Assembly (NCBI GenBank): GCA_951406725.2
Contig: OX597821.1
Location: 45,694,001-45,758,000 of the forward strand
From: Octopus vulgaris
Taxonomy: Eukaryota
DNA: 64,000 nt
Direction of reading: 5' to 3'
In this document: positions 53,997 through 64,000 of the stretch, one piece after another
Position numbering within the stretch: position 1 is the first letter of the stretch
Layout of the letters: each line of letters begins with the position of its first letter
Notes under the pieces: generated by a model
Databases searched by the model: none
Seen by the model: the letters and a program-made list of their open reading frames with translations, nothing else
Told to the model about the DNA's origin: nothing
Made by a program: the position numbers and the translations under genes

Positions 53997-55629
53997 CTAG
54001 CAGAAATACCCGGCGTTGCCCGGGGTTAAACAAAATAATGAAATTCAAAAATGCCTTTTAGATTTTTAACATGAAGCTTAGACTACGTAGGTATTATCTT
54101 CTAGTAGCTGAAATACCAACTTTATACGTTAATAACCCGGCGTTTACCAGGTTATTGAAAAAAGGCCTTTTAATTCTCTAAGTAAAATGAAACATGGATT
54201 ATGCAGTTCTTAACAGTAATTAGCTGAGGTACAAACTATTAATGTCAATAACATGTTTTATCCGATGATCTCATTATCATAATTGTTTTAAAAAACTGGT
54301 AGTTCCTTGTTTTTGCAACCACCTTCAATTGTCTGTACTTATTTGAAACACGTTGAACCTGAAAATGAACTGGCTTGCGGGTGCTCCCTCTAGTTAATAA
54401 AAACATTTAACAAAAATTCTATGAGATGACGTGAGTATAAACAAATGTGTTGAAACAAATCCGGAAATCAATCACAGTTTAATTTTCCAGAGATTATAAA
54501 TATACGATGTCTTGAGAGTGTCCTTTAATTGGTGTATAAATGAAAAGATTTTCGGGACTTCCAACTCGCAAGCACCCTACATATAATTGCCCATGAGAGA
54601 AGCAAGGTGAAGTCCAACAACCTTGAGATCTATTTATTGACATAGCGAAACTTAGTTTCACTGGGAACTGGAACCGTTTAAATTCAAAGGGGAGGTCATA
54701 TGGGATTAACGGAATCTGTGGAAGGAAAACATCCTCACCCTTATAGTTCCCAGTCATAATTGTTGCCTCTAGGACATGGGATCGCATCGCTTTCACCGCC
54801 AGTCTGGTGTCATTGCACTGACGAGGTGGATTCAGATTCCTGAGCAGCATGATTGAGGCCCCCTTTTTAACTGATCAATGACAGTGTCGAGGCTTTTGAA
54901 AGACTGTTCTCGTCCGAGCAACAGCTGCAAGAGATCCCAGCTGATTTTGTTGACTGCATCATTAGGTGGAGCTAAGATGGCTCGCTCACAGTGCCATTGA
55001 CTGTTGCTAAATTTTTGCGCAATGTTTGGGAGCACATGCTTTGAGATCATTGACAGTTGATACCATCTCATCACAGGCTTTCTGACCCCACCCCGACTTT
55101 GGATGATGATAACTTTCAGAAAAATGGATAATTTTTAATGAAATTTTCTACGAATGTGTTATATCATGTAGATTCTGAATATACAAAATTTGAGGGGTAA
55201 AGTGTTTCAGGGGAGGATTTTCGAAAAATTCACCGGAGTCCACTTCAATTCGTCTTAACTCACAGGGAAATGGATATTTTTTAATGTAATTGCCTACAAT
55301 TGGACTGTGTAGATTCCAAGCATATAATATTTTTGAGGAAAACTACTGGTGGTTATTTTTGCGAACTGTTCCCCACTGGGAAATGGGGTGCTTAGGAACA
55401 AGTTGTCCATATTTGTTTCAGTTTCTCCGTTTTGTGCGTTTGTAGCATCCGTACATAACCCTTAACCCTAGTCGTAAAATTTCGGGAAAAAAATTGAAAA
55501 GTTAAGGAGGAGGAGTATTAAAAAGTCTAAAAGTGATTTTTTTGCATATTCAGAATCTGCGTTGAAGACAAGGTTGGAATCCGTAGAAAAAAAAGCACAA
55601 AATGGTGGCACGCTTATTCTCAGCGTCCT

Positions 55630-55675
<46 letters not shown>

Positions 55676-56160
55676 ATGAAAAAAGTTCAAACGGAGAATC
55701 ATTCCATTCAATATCATGTTTATTACTGAGATTATGTAACAAATTATACTTTACACTTCTATATTTAAGTGTACGTGTATATTTCTTAATTTTGCTTCTG
55801 GTGTCTCCTGTCTTCCTATTAGAACCGTTTACCTGGGAATCTCCGTATGAAATCTTTTTTCTGACATGAAAGTACCTTTAGAAATTCTTTGTTATCAGAA
55901 ACCGTCACAACTGTAGTGACGCGTGTGTGTAAATATCCGGTTAGGACGCCAAAGACAGGAAGTTAAGAAAACGATTTGAAGAAGTGAATCTATATAGAGA
56001 GCAGTATTATTTATTTTTAATAAAAAAAAAAAATAAATGAAGACCGTATTATTCTTTCCAAGGTCAAATTATTCATGTACCCCAAGTATGGTACAGATTG
56101 AGCCAAAGCTTTCAGCGTGCATTAAGGACACTTACACACAGAGTATTTTGTATATTAAGA
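53997..56160 (-). mobile_element. Non-autonomous, internally deleted Helitron
   Basis: Minus-strand 3' end: hairpin ccgggcaacgccgg then tatttctgCTAG|T (53997); candidate 5' end A|TCTTAATATACAAAA (56160); internal PIF1 helicase remnant. Confidence 0.82.
54494..55074 (-). pseudogene. Helitron RepHel PIF1-type helicase C-terminal remnant
   Basis: WHCERAILAPPNDAVNKI..., MLLRNLNPPRQCNDTRL, PLIPYDLPFEFKRFQFPVKLSFAMSINRSQG, FSHGQLYVGCLRV; frameshift and deletions. Confidence 0.93.
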
Positions 56161-57184
56161 TATGGCATTTTCTATCTTATCAACAGATAAACCATTATAT
56201 TTTGCAGAATATGATAACATATAAATGTTTGCTTCTCTCAATAATATTATCTGTGGATTAATTCAACATACATAATAAATTCAAGAGCAAATCGGATTGA
56301 ATCTCTCCTCAGAAAACATGTAACACAAATAAATAAGTTTCTAATTTTTGCTCATTATGTTATTACTTCATTTCAGTCGATATATATATGCATATGTAGC
56401 CATTATGAACAGAGGTTTCTAAAAGATATATAAACCTAGCGAGCGGGGTTATGGTCTATAAACTGATACATCTATTATTTTAGAGAATCTTTAATTTTGA
56501 AGCTGATTTCATACTAAAGATTAAATTTAAACAAATTCTACAACAAAGACTATTATATTTATAGAGATATAATAAATAATTATGTTACTAGGTTAGAAAT
56601 GCGTATTGTTTGAATGGACTCATCAGAATAACACTGAATTTGAATAGAAAATTATTCCTTTATTCGAAGTAATTAGTAATGTATGTAATAGAATACATGT
56701 GTAACATCATGCTGCATTCCTTTCACGCAGCATGGTTATACACATCTAGCTTAGAATTATTTTTGTTTTAAGTATAACATTTCGGGAATTTGAAGAGTGT
56801 TCATTAGTATTTGCTTGTAGAACGAGCTGTGTGCGGAGAATTTATGACGGCCTTCTTAACTATGAAATATATAGTAATTTAACTTTGTCTTTGTACTTTA
56901 TCTACTCTTTTACTGAAAGTAGGTCATTTTAAAGTAATTTGCGATTTCATTTGAAATACTTTTATTCAGCTTGTCAATCTTCAAGATGTGTATGTCGTTG
57001 ATAATACTTTGAGAAAGGTAGCGTTTCATTTGCGTCGTATATACGTAAGTAAAACGCAAGAACTTTGTCCATCGTATTACAATGTACAATAATTTCTGAA
57101 ATGATTTTTATTAAACGTCTATTTATCATTTGTAAGAAGCAGTAAAGTGTCGAATTAAAAAACTTGTAATATGTAGGTTTCTAA

Positions 57185-57622
57185 AGGTGGCGAACTTGCA
57201 GAACCGTTAGCACTCCGGGTAAAAAATAAACTTAGCAGCATTTCGTCCGTCGATAAAATAAATACCAGATGAGCACTGCGACGAAATAAGTATCAGTTGA
57301 GCATTGAGGTCGATCTACTGAACTAGCCCCCTCCCACAAAAATCCTGACCTAGTGCCTATAGTGGAAAGGATTATCATTACTGTTATTATTATTATTGTT
57401 GTTATTAGGTCGGTTAACTGGCAGAACCGTTAACTCGCCGAGAAAACTGCTAAGCAGCATTACCTCCGTCTTTACTTTCTGAGTTCAAAATTCTGCCGAG
57501 GTCGACTTTGCTTTCATTTTTTTGGGGTCGATAAAATAAGTCTTATTTGAGCACTGGGATCGATGTAATCGACTTATCCACTTCCTGACATTTCTGGCCT
57601 TACGCCAGAATCTGAAACCCAT
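57185..57622 (+). mobile_element. Two diverged Deu/Nin-type SINE copies
   Basis: gcagaaccgtta heads at ~57198 and ~57421; gagttcaaaattctgccgaggtcgactttgc. Confidence 0.8.
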
Positions 57623-57734
57623 ATTTAGATTACTCCTGTTGAAATTGCCTTTCCCTTGTGTCCCCAGGCTTAATGCAATCTCGACAAACATGTGGGGTTG
57701 ATTCAATTGACTATAACCCTTTGCAAGTGTGGAC

Positions 57735-57812
<78 letters not shown>

Positions 57813-59567
57813 CAGTATTCTTTGTGTGTAGTGGAATGTGTCTGATACAATTTCAATTGCATTTTAACGTAATTTGAGATACGTAGGTTAGATTATTTTG
57901 AATCGTGTTTAGTGAGAAATTTAAAGCTATATTTCCCATGTAATATTGTTTTAATAGATACTGCTATTTTGGAATGTATTACGAATACATTAGGTAGCCA
58001 CTTCATACCAAAGAACTTAAACACCCTTGATGAACATGTGTTGCCCAGGAAGAAAATGAGAATTTATTGTTTAAGTATTATACACATTAAGATAATGTCT
58101 TAGCTGCGTCTGTAGTTACGTACGAGTGTAAAATCTATTATAATTTCTTAGAGACAATAGGTCTAAGAAGTTAATCAGTTGATTATTGCTTACTTTTAAT
58201 GTTCAATTTGAATTACTTAATAAAAACTTTATTGAACATTTCTATAAATCAATGCTTTTGAATTCATTCTTTTTCTGTCATTACATGTTCTTTTTCATTA
58301 ATTTCTCACAGAATAGTATCTTATATCCAATTGTTTATATTTCTTTTAAAGAAGCTATTTTAGGTTTTGCGGATAATTATTGACGCTACGTTTTATATCT
58401 AAAGATGTATTTTTCTTAGTATTACATGATACCATTCAGTAACGTCGATATATCGATTATGCTATAAATTGTCATATTATTTTGATCACATTATTTGTTT
58501 AACTAACTGTTCAGTTCTATGCTTACTTGTTTAATGAGGTGCAGAGCATTGAATTTGCTTATTGTGAATTAAGATCATAGTTCTATTGTTTTCTAATAGC
58601 CAGAGTACATCACAATTTTCTGATAGCACAGAGTACATCTCAATTTGTCCATAATTAATCTTAAAGTGACAATGTTTTGCAGCAAATTTTAATGTTTTAA
58701 GATAATTCCGATAATGTTATCTCCTTGTACATTTGTTCACATTTAGAAACTACAAAGCACAATTCTTAAGAGAGTTTGCAAGTTTACGTCAGCTTTACAA
58801 TTATCAATATTGAATTTTGTTTTAAAAATTTTAATTTTGTTTCAAAAGTTGTTAAAGAATTTAATAAAACGATATTAATTATGGATAAATTAGACTGCCA
58901 ACATGTAGATCATGAGTTTAAATCCATTGAAGATATTTCGTTGTATCGTTGAGAAAGAAATATACTTTACGTATTTCAGTAGTAAAAGTTTAGGTAGAAC
59001 TTGAAAATTGGTATCAGACTTTTTTGAAAAGTTAACTGTATTAGACGAGCTTAACACATAAATTAATAAAAAGGTTACAAGTTTATACTCCTTTGACTTA
59101 GTAACTGAAGTTTCAATAATAGTAAAAAAGAAATGAAATCATTCATCAATGTTTCCACAAAATGTTTCTCAAGATCTCTGAGCTTTATAGCTGGCTGGAT
59201 TGTATTTAACTGTAATAGTGGTTTGTCCTCAAGATTTTGCACCTCTAAATATAAATTTCTTTAATCAATTCATGCCAACTGCTAAAAATGTTATTGACTT
59301 TCTTGAATAAATTATGATATTTATATTAATACATTTTAATTTCTTTGGACATTATTCCAGTCTGTTCGGGCCTAAGTAACAAAGAATGTTATGTTTACAT
59401 TTTTTGCCAAAGATAAATTTGCAAAATTTATTACGAATTCCATATGCATGACATTTATTTGTGTATATCATGCCATCTTTGTGTAATTGAAGAAGAATCA
59501 GTGAATACAAATTTTTATCTTCTGGTGAAATCTATGCTTACATACAAACACGCATGCGCACACACAC

Positions 59568-59601
<34 letters not shown>

Positions 59602-62600
59602 CTATTTTCAGTGCATACACTTCATCTCCGAAAGGTGTAACCTAAGGTTTTATGTGTAGCCTAAAGTTGGGGTTTGCCCATTGATAAACTTTCACTATCT
59701 GCCAGTATGTTAAAATGATATTTAAATAGATTTCTCTGCAGTAATGGGGATAAAAATATAATGTTCACAGAATATTTTTTTTAATGAACATGAGCTGCTA
59801 GTTCGGTATTTTACTCTCTAAGAAATAGTAAAGCCGTGTGGCTGAAGTTGGCTCGCTCATATTTTCTGCGGATGAATAATTTTCTGCAACACGTCTTAAC
59901 CTGCTTAACGACTGATCCGTACAATAACAAAATGTCCACTATATCGCACTAATCTCTCGGGGTTGCTAAAGAAGACCACGTGGTCTACAGGAAAATTTGA
60001 GAAGCACTTCTCGAATTACAAGGGTTTCAAGGCACGCGTAGCAAAGTATAAAAAGTAAAATTTGTTTGTCCAGTAACTCGGCGTTCTCCTTGTCCATATT
60101 AACATCTTTACTTCAGTTGTCTACACTTGATACTATCTTTCAAAACATCCTTGATCTTCTTACCTTACAATATCTTTTCTCATTTAGTTGTTCTGCCACT
60201 TGTTTAACCAAGACAACCCATTCCACATCCACTTACTACTGACCTAAATCTTTGGTATATCAAGTCGGCTAACAGGCTAAACTTTGTCGGTTATTCTCTA
60301 ACACGCTTGGTAACAAATGCGACTCACTCTTGATACAGTTGAGATAGTTCTACAGGTGGTTGAAATCATTTTTCTCACATTAATTGCTGGTAGGATCATC
60401 GTATTTCGTTATGCAACAGTAATATACTATCAAGAATATGAAAGACTGATAAGTCAACACAGCGTCCCAACTATGTTAGCATTTCGATTAAATCACTTTT
60501 AAAAGTTATTTCTGAAAATTTTCTATAGAAATTAGAACCAGCACTGGAAGTCACGATGTATCGTATATGAATGCGTGTGTGTAAACAATGCGATCGAAGA
60601 TAAACAAATAGATAATGTCTTTACAAGTACCCAACATAAGCAAAGTTCACTATTCAGCAAAATCTAAATAGGCACTAGCTGTACCAGGAAAAAAAACATT
60701 ACTTAAAATACGCGGAATGAAATCCACTATCACAACCGTAGCACCAAGCAAAATGACATTCTCTCTCTTCTCCAGCAGAGACATAACAATTAGATTGTTC
60801 CTAACCCTTATCTATGAAAATTATATATAAACACAGCACACTAACCCTAATGTAGTTTGTTCCTTGTTAATTAACTTCGTGAAATCCTTCTACGCAAAAG
60901 TAATTACTACTCGCCATGCAAAATAGTTCCTCAAGCAGATAATAACAATACCTTTGATTATTGCTTTGCTTAAAGCTGTACCCTTAATATTTTAATGCTA
61001 TAGCCAAGAAACACCCACTCATTGTGGATTACATAATGAAACTCATAGTATTCTGTGATTTATCTATTTTTGCCAATTTAGTTAAGTGTATTTTCAAAAT
61101 TGCTTTGTAGATTAAGCTACAAAATAATGTACATTGTATAAAACAACACATTTTTTCAACTGTTGATAATGAATAGTTTTATGTACTGTAAGTTTGATGT
61201 TCATTTTATTTGAAATAAAATTGAATAGTAAAAAAAAAAAAGAGAAAAATTATAAAGAACTATTGTACCAATAACATTTTAAAATAATATTAGAAAAATG
61301 TCAAACAAATACCCAAATAACCATATAGTTTCTGAAATTTCAGTATAATTCTTAATGTTTTAAGATTTAATCCTCTTCTTCAATCAGCTTTCTTGCTTTG
61401 TATCCGATGACATATCCCGTTAACTATAGGATCTGTGTACCTTTATACCTCACTGGCTCTCAAAGCTTGGGGTCTCAGCTTCCCACAAGAATATTGTGGT
61501 CAAACAATATAAAGATATGTTCAGAATATCTACTGTAGTCTTTTGCTTAACGAAGCCTGGGAGATACTGGAATAATTCGATTAAATAAACTTAGCATATC
61601 ACTATATTTTCGGACAAATTTCATGCTTTCCACGTGATTATTAACGTTCTAACTAAAAGGACACGGCTTCTGAAACTCCCATGAAAACATAGTTTAGTCT
61701 TTAGACTAAAACATTATTTTGATATAAATTGTATTGCTATAAGTTAGTAAAAGTAAACAGCTACTTATTTTTCTCTATATAAATGCATCACATGCTCTAC
61801 AGTTTATCTACGAGTACAAAAAAGGTCGCCACTCTTGTTCTACATCAGTCAACAGTTTCTACTGTTGGTATTAATTTCATTCTCATAACGAGAAAAAAAT
61901 ACATACGCGTGCACACACACACACATGCACATACACACACGCATATAAATACATACATACGTGCATACATATATATTATACATTTAAATTTTACAATTTA
62001 TACTCAAAAATAAACAAGACAGTGTTTATGGTTATAGTTTATATATATTTACAACAAATTAGGTTGCAAACTTGTTCAATAGTTTATACAATTTACAGTT
62101 GTATAAAAAATTACCCGCATTTATCAGTTGTTAAATTGCTGCTGAATGGTTGTTTAAATATTTAAAAGAAAATTGTACCTGTGATTGAATTGATGACGCT
62201 ATGATTAATAAGCACAATTTTGCTGTTCTATTTTATCGTTCAGCATAATTAAATGAGCTATCAAACTATAACTTTGTTGGAAATTCACGTTTTGAAACTT
62301 CATAAACACCAAGATCGGATACGGTTTGCCTCATCTATGCACATCGCTCGTTGAAATTAATCTTTTTCCGAGTAAAAATGTATCAATATATATTATCAAC
62401 ATAATCAAACGGAAAGCATATAACTGAATAAGTATTACTGTTTAAAACTGTTCGGTTGAATTGATTTATAATTTGCGCAAAATTTAAGTTCTTCAAATGA
62501 TTGCACATAAAATGTCAATTTGAGAATAAGAAACAAAAAATGAACACCCAAGATATTATTCAGAAACCCGAGTAAAGTAAGCATTTCTGAAATACGTTAA

Positions 62601-64000
62601 TTTGTTTTTTCATATGAGTAAGAATATTTTATAGTAGTTTAATGGAAAAACGAACATTTCCCCAACACTGAGAATCGTTGCACATAATTAATTTATGATA
62701 TGAAGCGTGATAACATTTCTGTGTTAATTCGTAGCGTTGATAGCGAGTAAATGATAAAGATATTTGCATAAAGTCTGATCAATATATTACTTACATTTTT
62801 AACTATCGTTAAATTGTATGAAGAGGAATTACTGTATTACATTAAAGATTGACTTTATTTACTTCTTAGATCTTTATTTCAATAATTAATGACTATTTTA
62901 AACTATTTTATCAAAATATTTTCCTTCATTGATATATTTAATCGATTTTTCCGTTGAATAATATTCTGTCGAATGTGCACAAGATGTTCATTGTAAGAGA
63001 AAGATTTTGTTAGTATTTTTGTGTTTCGTAGGTAAATGTACTAAATAAAAATAACTTTAGGGAGTAAAAATGTAAAATCTTATACAAGAAAATTAATTAT
63101 CTAGTAATGATAATTATCAATGTGTACAATTTTCAAAATGCCTAAATAATACGTAAAACGAAAATGTTCTTTACGTAATGTTACAGTCAGAGTCTCTACT
63201 ATATACTTATCTTGTCGACTTTGTATGTTATTTGATGTAGTTTGAATGTATCAAATTATTTGTGGATACAAAAATATCGTTTAATTCAATTCTATAATGA
63301 AACTATTATATATATATATATATATAAAACTAACAAGTAAACTAATATATGAAAATTTTAATCATGCTGTTTCTTTTGAAAACATGTAATTTTTCAGCAT
63401 GATGAAGGTCTGATCTACGTTTTGTGTGAAAGAGTTATCTTAGTTGTATAAAAATGAATATGCTTTTCATGAAGATATTAAATATTCGCAAGTCTACATT
63501 ATTTACTATATTGATATTGTTTCCTAATATGTTTTGTGGTATGCTTAAAATTCGCAAAGCTGCGTGCATATGCACTATAATATCAATTCCAGTAAATAAA
63601 CTAAGTTATGCGTGTTTTATTATTCAACGTAGTTTATTCCCATTTTTCAAGAATAGTTTAATGATAACGGAGTTAAACAATGGTAGTTTATTAAATAATC
63701 TCATGAAGAACCTTTAAAATAAGGTAACATACCGTCAGAAAAATGAAAAGTTAACTTTGATTTGAAATGCATATGTATGGTTCTGATTACATCAAAGTGG
63801 AATAAGACCCAACGTTTTTACCTTCTTTGCATTTTTACCCTCTTTGCGATGTATTTGTATTGCTATTTGAGTTTTAACTCTTAAATTATTCCAGTATAGG
63901 CAAAATAATATACTGGGGAAAGCAAGGTTGGGGCAGTATCCATTTACCTTATTACGTCGGAAGATAGGATCGGCGTTCCTATGAAAAAGGAAAGTAATAT

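Noticed and set aside
55043-55063. tgagatcattgacagttgata resembles the bantam miRNA 5' end
   Set aside because: Lies antisense within the Helitron helicase remnant and no precursor hairpin is evident; treated as chance
56821-56873. Possible small internal exon (ttgtag|...|gtaatt), open in phase with the 32806 exon
   Set aside because: Weak splice signals and no recognisable protein; expected by chance

Overview
Eukaryotic, AT-rich, microsatellite-saturated DNA. The repeat content (CORE-type and Deu/Nin-type tRNA SINEs, long (TA)n, (CA)n and (TATG)n tracts) suggests an octopus genome; this is an inference from recognised repeats. No intact protein-coding gene is visible and almost every ORF in the track is a microsatellite artefact. 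Recognisable content: decayed Tx1/L1-clade, RTE-clade and R4/Dong-type LINEs; Penelope-like element (PLE) RT and GIY-YIG remnants; Tc1/mariner remnants and a pogo-type MITE; a ~2.2 kb Helitron with both termini and a PIF1 helicase remnant; and more than 25 SINE copies or fragments (main ones listed). A possible first coding exon lies at 32806-32921 inside a SINE-poor block. The most notable signals are: (i) a dispersed set of minimal type I hammerhead-ribozyme motifs, showing covariation, in PLE 3' tails lodged in (TA)n tracts; (ii) several long fold-back inverted repeats, one with a strand-biased excess of G-U pairs; (iii) a duplicated pre-miRNA-like hairpin; and (iv) a 3' tail shared by a Tx1-type LINE and a SINE family. 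Boundaries of decayed repeats were read by eye and are approximate.
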